From positions 248,001 through 312,000 of the forward strand of contig ADNK01002519.1 in assembly GCA_000320545.1 (NCBI GenBank): a stretch of DNA of 64,000 bases, in the 5' to 3' direction. The notes beneath the pieces were generated by a model. That model had not been told where the DNA came from. It saw nothing but the letters and a program-made list of their open reading frames with translations, and did not search any database. Origin of the DNA: Bigelowiella natans CCMP2755. Lineage: Eukaryota > Protista > Cercozoa. This document shows positions 11,437 through 23,070 of the stretch, one piece after another. The position numbers and the translations under genes are program-made. Every line of letters begins with the position of its first letter. The first letter of the stretch is position 1.

Positions 11437-14400
11437 CTAGATATGACTTTTCTTCTCATCCTCGGTAAGAAAACGTGCGTTGGATTCGTCTTTGAGAGAG
11501 GCATCCTCTTGAATTTCTTCTTTCGCCAGTGTACCTGCTTTGTATTTAACTAGCCACTTCATCGAGCCAAGCGCAGCTTTCCCAGTTGCGAGTAGCGGGA
11601 TCTCCTTCACCCTGATGAGAAGATTTGGAAGCTGCACGCCGTTGACCCCATTCTCACGAAGGTGTGTTTGTGCTGCCTTAAGATCCTTCATATCGGCATC
11701 TGGAGTAGCCAAGATGCCGATGAAGGTCTTTTCGAGCTCCGTTGCCTCAAAACCTTCAACAGCGACTGTCATCTTCCCCTCATTGTTCGGCCCCCACTTC
11801 TTCTGCAGCACCTTTTCCAACATGGGGAGAGAGACCATCTCTCCGGCCACCTTCACAAAGCGCTTTTGGCGTCCCATGAGATACAACTTGCCGCCCTCCA
11901 TTCGACCCAAATCACCGGTGTCATACCAGTCTTTCGAGTCCTTATATTCTACGAATGGAATCTTATTCGTTGTTCCCTCGAGATACCCAGAGAAAACGCC
12001 TGGCCCTCGAGCGATGATCAAACCTTTCTCTCCCTTTCCTGCCTCAATGTACTCGCCGCTCTTCCCTTCGATGACAATCGCAATCGATGTTTCTGGGGCG
12101 GTCTTGACAGGTTCTCCGACCCCTTGATTAGGCTGCCCTGGTACGTTGCATGTAAGAACAGGGGAGGTTTCGGTGATGCCGTAGCCCTCGACGACGCCAT
12201 CACGAATGCCAACCTGTGCGGCCTTTTTCACCACGATGTCAGGGAGCTTCTCAGCCCCTGTTACACAGAGCCTCACCGACTCAAGAAGCTTGCGCTCTTT
12301 GCCTGCAGCTGCAAGTAACCCACTCAAGAATCTTGGAGTGCCCAGGTATATCGTCGCTTTCCATTTGGCGACTTGGAAGACAAGGCGTTTCGAGTCTGTT
12401 GGTGATACATAGTATGCAACCTGAATACCTGTTGTGAGGGGGCAGCACGTAGTCGCCGTCCAACCGAAGCTGTGGAAGGGAGGCAAACAGCCCATCAGTA
12501 TATCTGGCTTCTTGGGCTTGGAACGTAGCAGCATCTCTACGATGCCTCCAATGTTGGAAAGGACGTTTGTGTGTGAGAGGGGTACACCCTTTGGGGCGCT
12601 CTCGCTTCCCGATGTGTACAGGATTACACAAGGGTCGGAGGCCTTGACCTCGTCGAGGCTGTATCTTGCTTTGATCTGCTCGGTGTTGAGCTTGGAGGTA
12701 AAGAGCGCAGCCTTGATCATGTCAGTATAGTAGAGCTGCGTCTTGATGTCCTCGTAAAAGACCATCAGATTGCTTCCCTCCCCGTCCTGGAACACCTTGA
12801 GATCCACTGTGGACGCGATTCGCTTGGTGAATTTCTTCGCGGTGAGGACGCATTTGATGTTGGCGGTCTTGATCACATGCCTCAGGTTCTTGCTGCCGTG
12901 CGTCCAATTGATCATCACCGGCACTTTCCCCGCCATCATGAGGCTGAACGCCATGATCGCAACACCGGACGTCGCTGGGAGCATGAGCCCGATATTCTTC
13001 CCTTCAAACATCTCTGGGTGCGCGTTGATGTAATCGGCTAGCAGCACAACCGCCGTTTGCATGCGGCTATAGGTCATAGGGCCTGTGGTATCGTCCCCAA
13101 TGGCGATGTGGTTCTTCATTCGCATCGCATTGTTCCAAAAGGCGAGAGGCAGCAGCTCGCCTTTAGGCAGCTGCGGGGCTGGGCGGTCATGGGGTGGCAG
13201 CCACCCTTTTGGCGCATCCGGGATCTTGATCTGCGCCATCTCCCCCTCCTTTGGGCGTTTCGTGAAGATGGCCCACGCGACCATTTCGACTGTGGAAAGA
13301 TCAGCAGGCTCAACCTCCTCGCAGTTGTAGGTATCTTGCATCCACCCAATCAGCTCTGGAATGCTGATAGACGTCATTCCAAGGTCGAACATCAAGTTGT
13401 GCTTTGGACTCACAACGCCCTTAAACCCGGAGATCTCTGCTACCTTTTTCGCAGCTGCAGCCATGATATCCTTTGGAATCAAGGCAGTGTTCACCACCTC
13501 TTTCTTGACATTGTACCCTGCTTTTCCCAGTCGCGCAGTTACATCGTCCTCGTACTTCTTGGAAAAGTCCTCGAAGTAGTGCTCCGCAGAGTTCCAGCAC
13601 GCCGCACAAAGAATGGAGACGAGAAAGGCTGAATGCGCTATTCTATCGTACCAAAGCAGGCTCGCCATCACCATTGTTACTGTGCCAGCAACTAAATGGA
13701 ACAGCACGTAAATGGCCTTGTTTACCAACGAAATGGCCGATATCTTCTTGAAGAAGCCAAAGCCGCCCGCATCTGTGGAATTGCTAAGAATAAGTGGTAG
13801 TAGACGCTTGGGAGGGGGGAGAGATGGGATCGTTTCGTTCGATCGTTTCTCGTGGTATATTCATCAAATTTTGATTTTTTAAGTGTCTTTTCTAAAGGAT
13901 GGCGACATATAAAATCGATGATTCAGATCCCGTCACACACTACGATCGTGTGACTCCTATCAATCGAATTCCCACATTTTCATCATCACAGAAGGTAAAG
14001 CTCTCAGTCTCATCTGTTTATTTGTCCATCATCGTCGTCATTCATCATCGTCATCATCCTCTTTTTCTTCTCAGAGCGCAATATCTAACCTGTCATGTAC
14101 TCGTAAAGAGTCATCAAACGCTTTTCGCGTGCACGTTTTGCTAAAACTAAGAATACCCATGTATAGTAGCCAATGCACCTTTTCGAACAGAAAAAGCCGT
14201 CATCAGTGTCATAACTGTAAGGACTACTACTACTTCTTCCTTCTTCCTCTTCTTTATTCTTTATCTTCTGTTTCTTAATACTACTACCAGGGGATGTAGA
14301 TGTACTTCAAAGCTCTCGAAACCTGATGACAACAAACGGTTCATCATCCAGCATCATACAGCAGCATACTCATCTTGTAAGTGACGACAAGCTTCAAACA

Positions 14401-15914
14401 GAGATGAGGAAGAAGAGGAAAAGATAGGGTACTATTATTATCATTACTACTATTATCATTACCGATGAAAAGGACGAATATTCTCCTTCCACAGCATCCG
14501 AGAAGAACCCCTCGCCGCAGTGCCAGCGAAGCTGACGTTTATAGCAGTGCCGATCCAATTTTCAATGTCCAAACAGCTCATTCAAAAGCAAAGTTAGTAT
14601 TACCGAATATGTGAATAAAGCAGGGTTGATGTGGATAAAGACCGAGAAGACCTTCTCCTGAAAGGATGTACATACATATAAATAAATAAATAAATAAATA
14701 TATATATATACTCGTTCATAAACAGAGCAGAGGGGGGGACAAGGAGGGTATGGGTAGAGAAACTAGCATCATTTTACCCAGTCGTGAAAGACCAAAGAGT
14801 TATCGAAAACGACGACTGACCAAGCCAAGGGCCCATTGGACACCTACACAGCAAAATTACCATTCAAAAGAGAGCGAGGAATCATAATGGCAGAAGATAT
14901 CAAGAGAGTAGTCCTAGCTTCAGCACAACAATCTGTCTACTATTACTAGTTGTAGTAGTAGTAGTATCAGCAGCAGAGTAGTAGTACCACGAACAACGCT
15001 TTGAAGAAAGTTGAGGACGGATATATCCAACAATAGACCATGCACAAAAAGTTTACCTACATATAAAAAAACATCGCAAAAGAGCGAAATGGCTAATCAT
15101 ATCATGTCAACTATACAAACCTAACAGATCATCAGAGATACGGTATACATGCAATAATATGTACAGCAATTGAAGCAGAGGAACATGCTTGCAGCAGACA
15201 AGGTAGCAGAAGTCGTAGAAGAAGAGCTGCCATCCCATCGACTTGTATCTCTGGAACATCGTCGGGACAAAGAAAACCGATTTAACAGTCCAGATGATAT
15301 AAAACCACCTGCAAACGAATAGCAAGTATGCAACAGTTTAAAAATAAATTAGCAAAGATCAACGTCGTGTCCAAAGTAAGGCAGGGCAGTGTATTTCATC
15401 TCAAAATATAGGTATTAAATAAGTTGAACGGCACCAAAAGTGTGCATGCGGAATGCCACCATACAACGGGATTTGGAACTCTTCATCACTATTTTTCTAG
15501 TTATCGAATCGTTATATTCTGATAGTCCTCCGGAAGTATTACTGGGGGAAAGCGCCAAGGATGTATGAAGTTACTACAACGTTGCAGACCATCAACGTGA
15601 AACTAAGGTGAAGAGAAGAACACAATTCAACCTTACGATTGAGGGAAAGAATTTCGAACAACTTTGAACAGTGTAAATGCCTGTTTGTCTTCACTACTCT
15701 CTATATGATGGATTTCCTTCGCTACTCTCTATATGATGGAATTTATCACTTGATCTTATCGTTCAGCTTGACGAAGCTGATTGCTCGTCTCCCCACCTGA
15801 CAGAGAAAGATTTTCATTGCCAAATTCCGTTGCAAAATAGATTCATGGTGGGCGAAACGTTTAAACCACCTTTCTACTCGAAGGTTTAGCAGAGGAACTC
15901 TCCACGTTCGACAT
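11437..15914 (-). CDS. Fusion protein: GPC1/DUF2838 glycerophosphocholine acyltransferase + acyl-carrier domain + Aas-type acyl-ACP synthetase (adenylation) domain
   Basis: About 10 short 5' exons (ATG 15914) splice to FVKLNDKINFTLMVCNVVVTSYILGAFPQWFY...FFYDFCYLVNFL...SNGPLAWSVVVFDNSLVFHDWEKVFSVFIHINP (GPC1 motifs). The final exon 13772-11437 holds the GPC1 tail (AHSAFLVSILCAACWNSAEHYF), an ACP-like DLGMTSISI, and ANL motifs YTSGSESAPKG, EGYGITETSP, WYDTGDLG, GRQKRFVKVAGEMVSL, PLLATGK. Confidence 0.88.
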
Positions 15915-16523
15915 ACTCTTAAACTCCTCAAAGGATTCGAATCTCTGATGATAGGCCAAATATCACGTTCACGCTGCAGCTGCCATTCACCACCCACGAA
16001 AGAACCCTAACATTTTTCATCTCACCTTGCCCCCAGACGTGATGGAGTAAAGGACCCCGAGAGGAATGGAGTATGCAAGGAGGGATACAAACATATCAGT
16101 AAGATGATTCGAGGAATGAATGGGGGCTTCGTTGATATGTTGATACGATAGTGGTTATCGGAAGAATTCCCAAGAATTCGCAGTTCAATTTCACCCTGCG
16201 ACAATACGAAATTACGAATTTCTTTCTTGAACGTGCTGTCATCTCAGGAGATATTTTTAGCTAGCAAAGGGCCAATGCAAATAGAAAAAGGAACGACGGA
16301 ATCTCACGATTTAGGGCTTTGTTTTAAGGCGTTTCGCTTAAAATGCGACTTTATGCTCGAATTACGTCAAAAACGCACTGCATTTCGGGTGTTTTCTGGA
16401 ACAGCAGATATTGGGTCTGCGACATCGAAACGATGTCAAAAAATATTCTGCGACAAGTTGCCTTCCTCCCCCCGACCGACGGTCGACGTCGTCTGCACCT
16501 CGAATGCCGGAGTGAGTCCCCGG

Positions 16524-17785
16524 ATGGAGGAAACGTTACGGAAATGCCTTCATCCACTGTTTTAACTTATTTTGCTCGGTTGTACATCTTAGGAGATATG
16601 TAACCTCGCATCCAGTGCTGGCGGGGGTAATTACATAATCCTTCGTACTTCCACACTCTCTTCTCATTAGGTTATAATCGCATTTTTGAATGTGCAGATG
16701 CTGGCAGGGGCATGCGAAATATGCATCACGTATCCTTTCGAATATTCCAAGGTTTTCCGCTCGAAATTACGCGTAGAGAGACAGCAATGTCCAAGTCAAA
16801 GTACACGAACTATTTCCCGTAGGTTCAATGCCAATTGCTCTCTCGTGTCCCGATTGCGCCTCCTTCACCAGCACTGTCACCGTCATCATTATCCTCGTCT
16901 TCATCGTCAAAGTCAAATATACAGACCTTTACCGTAATCATCGCGTTCATAACCTAACGCTTCCTCTCCCCACTGTAAAGCAGCAAGCCTCCTGTCGTAC
17001 AATCGCGACGGCCTTCCACGCTTATCTCAGTCATTCGAGACACTGTTCGGAGGCAAGGGGTTCACTTAACTCAAATTTATTAATTAATTGGGGAAAGTTG
17101 TTAAGAATGGAAACATAGGGATATGACATCTTCTTTCTAATTGATAGCCGCTCGCACTTTACGAAGGACTGAGCCCCTGGTATTTGTGTTTGGCACTATT
17201 CTCAATCTTCTTCTTCTTCTTTTTCTTCTTCTCCTTCTTCTTTACATCACATTCACACGGGATATATGGATTTCAGGCTAGTGTTCTCCATTCCTAGAGC
17301 AGCCATTAAATTTTCAACGTATGAGGTTGTCTTCATCGCTCAGGCACACAAAAGCGAAACAACACTTAAACAACACATTGACTCTTGGTGAAACAATTTG
17401 AGTTAAAAGCCTCCTCAGTAAACAAATAAGCGAAATCTTATCAGTAACCTCATAGTCGATCGAAGCATTATCAAAGATTTCAACATGATTAAAATGGAAT
17501 TATCAATATAAATTACTGAAAGTGTTTGGCCGTTTTACCAGGGCGTGCTGCCTTGAAATTTTAACTTTGCATATGTGAAAATATCAAAATAAATATCTTC
17601 TGATATGTAAACTGGGGGCCAAAATCATTACCCTTCAGGCTCTACTACATCGTAGCAATGCGTACCTAGATTCAACGGAACTTGTCCCACCAGAAATCGT
17701 CACCATGGTTGTCGTTTGGAAGAATAGCACATAGATATATAACACACACGTAAATGAAATCCTACAGCTAGAACCCACTTTTACA

Positions 17786-17826
<41 letters not shown>

Positions 17827-17841
17827 ATATTATATATATAT

Positions 17842-17880
<39 letters not shown>

Positions 17881-18246
17881 GATATTTTTTTCCGAGAATA
17901 GGTATGCGGTGGAGTTGCAGGCGCAGTGGAATTTGGGGTTGCAGGTGGTGAAAAACACATCATCTTGAAAGAGACAGAGTACCTGCTAACAGCCTAACAG
18001 CTATCTAGCTCTGAAATAATATTAAAAATCACAGACAGTTTTTCCTTCTACGATTCTTCGTGTCGTGTTAATACACACGTATACACACACGCACGTGCGC
18101 ACACACATACACATTTATGTCTCATCTCCTGATACTACTTGAACGTTGCTTATCCGAAGGAACTCCTATGCAAAATATATCCATAAAAGTCCTGCACGAC
18201 TCAAATAAAGGGTAGGCTTAAACTAGCATATATCATAGGATGATTG

Positions 18247-18282
<36 letters not shown>

Positions 18283-19977
18283 GTTGCTTTAAAGGAGAGA
18301 GAGAGGATACACGGAATCTATCACCGCACGAATACAAAACACATTAAATATCTTCCAAATTGTAGTTTTGTTATGTTTACATACTTGTACGTGTACACAC
18401 CATGTTTATTTAAGAAATGTATAAAATTGCAGTCCAAATCGGCAATTTCGGCACGGGCTCCTGAATACAATGGCGACAATTTATGAACGGTAGGAGGAAT
18501 GCTATACTACATAATGATCGCAATCCCTTCATTCAAGGACATCAATACTTTACTGATAATGTAGGAACTTCCCATGTAATTCTTTGCTTCAAGCTTTCTG
18601 TTGTGTCTCTGTTGTCTGTAGCGCGATCTGCATAACAACATTTTCAACGATGCTTTTGGCCTACATAGAACCTAAATTGAAACCTTCTTTCTCCTCATAT
18701 ATATCAGAGAAGGGATTGCAAGAGGGTTTTATTCAGGAGTCATTCCAACGGTAAGTACAGCATTTCATTACGACATGTTATAACTCGCGCTACTCGCATT
18801 CACAGACAAATACAAGGCGGTTAGCGCTACGACACGATCTAATAGGATTTATCGATGTTCGTAGCAGCTTTTATTTATTTTATGTTTAATCTCTATATCC
18901 TTCTTTCTTCAGATCATGAAGGCAGCTGTAAACAACTGCATTCGATTCGTGGTTACTATATACTTGAATAACTTGACGAAAACAAACATTCTCAATAGGA
19001 CAAATGATAAAACCGACTATCCCCTGCATATCCCCCCCCCCCCCGGCCTCTTTGGTTTTGTGATATTGTGATACAGACCTATGAACAATTCTGCGCTATC
19101 ACGAGCTCTCTTCGTCGGTAGTCTTATTGCTATCCTAACATCATTTCCCTAAGAATCAGCGCATCTGAAGTGAATGACGTACATCGATGTTCAGGGAAGA
19201 AGAGATAACAGTGTCCACAAGTCTCTTTGCAGGCTCCATGGCCGGGCTGATATCGGTGCGGAAACGGGAACTTTAATATACTAAATAGTGCGAGAAGAAT
19301 ACTGCTAATAATGCAAGAGATTGTTTCATATGATATATCGGTCAGGCGTTGGTGACGCAGCCCATCGACACAGTCAAAACGAATATGCAGGTTAGTATTT
19401 CTCTCAAGGAAGAAGAAAAAGGAGGAGGAGGAGGAGGAGGAGGAGGAGATGATGATAATAAAAAATAGGACAAAGAACATGAGTGTATAAAGCGTCTTCG
19501 TTTCCTTCAATACTGTAGCTAGATGCCTGAACAACTATTTGAACAACTCTAGTCGTTAAGTGCCAGCAAGCACCGTCGAAGCCTCTTCGGCTGTGCAAAG
19601 GTGAATCATCATTGGGAGCCAAGTTTTTTTCAAGCAATAATATTAATGATACATTGATCTTCAGTATACAATCAAACGTGTGGGGCTGCCATGGTTGATC
19701 TTGTTGTTACTGTTGTTATTACGTCATCTCCTTCTCGTGCAGGAGGTGTACCTTAATGGTGGGCTAACTGGCTTTTACCGAGGAATCGGGGCTCGTCTGG
19801 TGCGAGTGTGCTCCGAACAAGTAAGAGTGTTCATTCTCTGTGTGCTCTCTATTTGATTTAAGCTGAAAGACAGAAGAGGTTAACGCGTAGACGCGATGCA
19901 TGTTACAGGCGATACTATTCACTCTGTTTTATCGATTTGGTCGATGGCTAGATCAGACTCTTACTTGGAAGGAGTAG
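16524..19977 (+). CDS. Mitochondrial carrier (SLC25), tricarboxylate/citrate-carrier-like, multi-exon
   Basis: LAGMLAGACEICITYPFEYSKVQ, TPMQNISIK and PIDTVKTNMQ (Px[DE]xxK-type repeats), plus GFYRGIGARLVRV. Stop TAG at 19975-19977; start codon uncertain. Confidence 0.85.
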
Positions 19978-20679
19978 AGCTGTAGATACGTGGTCCCTAT
20001 AACTTTCGGACAGATTGTGCACCTACTACACACACACACACACACACGCTACAGCGTGAGGGTCCTCATAGAATTTTTGTTGTGAATTAGTTTTCTTTAA
20101 TTTATACCTGAACGGTAACAACGACAGTAATTAGGGGAGTCATCTGGAAATGAAATAAACATTTGATGTACATGCATACGTTATTGATCAAGACGTATCA
20201 GCGATAGCTTGGAGGTCGCTGCAACACCAAAATGTTCATGTCTACATTTGGGACGTAACGTACGTTTCGACATCATTTATGTGCAGGCTGCATGAGCATG
20301 CTGAGGCATCAGCATAGATGTTGAACATGCAACAAGACATGGCTGAGGGCAGAAATGTGACGCCACGTGGTTTGCTACGTACATACTGTCGTCGAAATGT
20401 GGGAGAAATGCAATGAGACATTTATACTACATCTCAACATATTTGTTCAAGGAGCATCGCGCACATGCACGAGCAGTGCGCTCCACACGTTATATTCCGC
20501 ATGCTCTCACATCATATATACACAGTGATTTGTGTATTCATTCGAATGTTGCATAATTGAAATGACATGCATCGTAACTAAGTAATAGCAGCAGATGCAT
20601 ACTCAACATTATGTTTAAACACAACCACGCGAGTCCATTCCTATTGCTGATGGATAGTATCGTCTCTCATCGTCGAAAG

Positions 20680-22152
20680 CTACGAAGCAAAGTAATCTAT
20701 GATACTGCCAAAGAGCAAGACAGTGCAGATGTTTCTCATCTCATGGCCCCTTTGAACAAAATTGAGGACTAAAGAAAGCAAAGCGAGGGGTATCCGAACG
20801 TTTGAGAGAACGGGGAGAGCAGCCATCGTGCAGACTATCATAAGAAGCTGTTGCATCCCAAGCATATGTGTTTGAGACAATCTCTTGCGTTTGACGAGAG
20901 TTTGCAGGAAAAATTCCATCACATACGCAGTGTTCAATCCAAGCCAGTACCACTGAGAACAAAAGGGGAGAGTGGTGAGTACTATGCACCATTCGAGAGC
21001 ATTGGCAAACTCCAGTTTATGATTTTCATATAAAATAAAGCTAATAACACCTTGAAATACTCCTGTGTAGCCAAACTTCGCACACCGACAATCCAATCTT
21101 TAAGGGCAATGCTAACGTTGAGGCCGTGCAGGAGGAAATGCTTGTAAAAAATGTACTGATATTTCTTGAGTCTAAAATACAATTACGCTGTCAGTTTTAC
21201 GATTATAGCGTGTATATACGAGTTGTTTTGATATTACACAAGTAACAACAAAAAAATAATATGACCTATATAAGTGTGGGATTATCCAGTCTAGTGCACC
21301 AGCAGCGGCATTTGACGGTTTTTTGGCGGAAAGCTTTGCATAATTGTCCGAGAATCGATTGACAGGGAAATACGATCTCACCAACCATGGCAACGTGACG
21401 AGCAATGCAATGCTGATACGAGCTGCCTTCCCACTGATAGAAGGAGACATTGTCGAAACGCAGTTTTGAATCACCTCTGGAACAAGATGGATGTAGATAA
21501 TCTGTGCAAGATTTAGTCCCTGTGGATGTAATAGAGAGGATGTTATCATTACCACAACAACGTTGGAGAAGTGTAGAATTTCTATCTAGTTATTATATCT
21601 TCAACCTGATAGAACGAGTGCTCAATCATCTCGTCGTAAGTGACAGTAGCGTCCTCATCCAACGTGCCTGATGCCTCGTTCGTAACCCGTCTGTGGTGCT
21701 ACGGGAGTAGGCCACGAAAACATCGCGCAAGTGCATATTTGTCGTCAAAAGATGGAAGTTCAAATAGAGAGGTAGCAGAAGAACAAACGTTTCAAAAAAT
21801 TATAAGCAACAGCAAGCACAGCTGCACCAACCGGAAATCCCCATGCGGCGCTTAAAGTTAGAAAGATCCCGGTGACGCCGAGCAGAACGTCAAATATGAA
21901 GCGTGGAAGAATATTTGAGTGTAGGTCTGCAAACCCGAACAGAAGTAACGCGAGATATATGGCACCTAGAACACGATGAGCACGCGCAAAGCGGGGCAGG
22001 AAAAGTCGGTAGGCCTGCAGAGCCAACACTGAGAGGTCGGTGAAGAAAATGGTGAAGCCTATGGAAAGAAGCAGCGAGACGAGAGGCCAATAATGTTCGA
22101 AGAACCAGGAGATAGAAAGCGATGAGCCAGCTCCAGCGCCGAAGGGCGCCAT
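20680..22152 (-). CDS. Uncharacterised multi-pass membrane protein
   Basis: Exons splice to ...LTLSAAWGFP | HRRVTNEASGTLDEDATVTYDEMIEHSFYQ | GLNLAQIIYIH...FPVNRFSDNY...LYR | LKKYQYIFYKHFLLHGLNVS | WYWLGLNTAYVMEFFLQTLVKR. Several hydrophobic segments; no family recognised. Confidence 0.7.
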
Positions 22153-22522
22153 GATTCCTTCGGAACTCCTCAGGTTCCCAACAAGCAGCCCTGCTCCCGA
22201 TTTGCCCTTCTGACACGTGACCTGATGAGTTCCTGCTATTCTCTCACATTTAATAGTAACGTCAGCTTATTTTGGTTGTCGCCCATGTAATTCGCCCCAC
22301 TTCCACCATGTAAAAGTGGTTGGTATCTTCAAACAAATAGTAGTACGAACTGCCTCGTCCTTGCAGCCGTTGCTTTGACACATCTTCTTTCCTTCTTTTT
22401 TTAACTCTTTACATCTCCCAGCAGTTAGTAGTAGACTAGAAGATTCGTAGTTCTTCTGGCACATTTCGTCTGATCATCAATGCAAATTTCAGCCGTTCCC
22501 AAGCTAGCACAAGCTAGCAAGC

Positions 22523-22848
22523 TGTTGCGCGTAAGGTGTTCACAGGCCGAGGCGCTACGTGCACAAGTAGGCAGGGGGGGGGAAAGGCACGTTTGCTTCC
22601 TTTTGAAGAGTTGTGTTTATTTTTATTAAAGATTATATTTTTATTAAATCGTGCACTGCGTAATCATTCGCGAAGCTTTCGCGAATGCCGCCGCACGTGG
22701 GGCAGCACACTTCCGGTGTGCTGCCATGAGTCCCGCCGGAACCCACGTGCCTATGCTGTATTAATATCTACGTTATCTATATTCTATATCCGCGACAACC
22801 CCTTTGTTGTCGCACGTGACTTGTGCCCGCGTAGTGGTACGCGCTACA
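22523..22848 (-). repeat. 3' LTR
   Basis: Identical by eye to 26863-27188. Ends TGTTGCGCGTA...TACGCGCTACA form a 10/11 inverted repeat. AATAAA signals on the minus strand. Confidence 0.95.
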
Positions 22849-22858
22849 CCTCCCCCAA
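22849..22858 (-). promoter_or_regulatory. Polypurine tract
   Basis: Minus strand reads TTGGGGGAGG immediately before the 3' LTR start TGTAGC. Confidence 0.8.
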
Positions 22859-23070
22859 GTCACGTTGCTCCTTCCTTCCTTCCTTATTCCCTTAGACCTT
22901 CATCGCTTTCGGAACTTCACCAACCACCAGGTAATAGATTCCTTGATTTTCTTAGATGCACGGCTCTTGCTGGACTCCTTGGTGGCGACGCCTGCCGCCT
23001 TCAAGCTGGAGCACCTGCAGCCACGCACCCAGGACCTTATACCAGTGCTCAAAGGGTAAGTCGGGAACAG

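Noticed and set aside
11540-13632. Several 100-220-aa plus-strand ORFs
   Set aside because: Antisense to the GC-rich synthetase exon; no independent evidence.
11437-13728. Calling the 763-aa ORF an NRPS module or a bacterial contaminant
   Set aside because: There is no condensation domain, the motifs are Aas/acyl-synthetase type, and the ORF is the last exon of a spliced eukaryotic gene.
15694-15742. 19-bp direct repeat CTACTCTCTATATGATGGA (also GCGACCGGTT x2 at 721-740)
   Set aside because: Only two copies in an intron; a local duplication, not CRISPR or a TE end.
16524-16595. Non-canonical GA splice donor in the carrier's first intron
   Set aside because: It depends on an unverified start codon and cannot be supported without cDNA.
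22693-22750. Hammerhead ribozyme (retrozyme) in the LTR
   Set aside because: CATGAGTCC...GGAA superficially resembles stem II, but the CUGANGA and GAAA core is absent on both strands.
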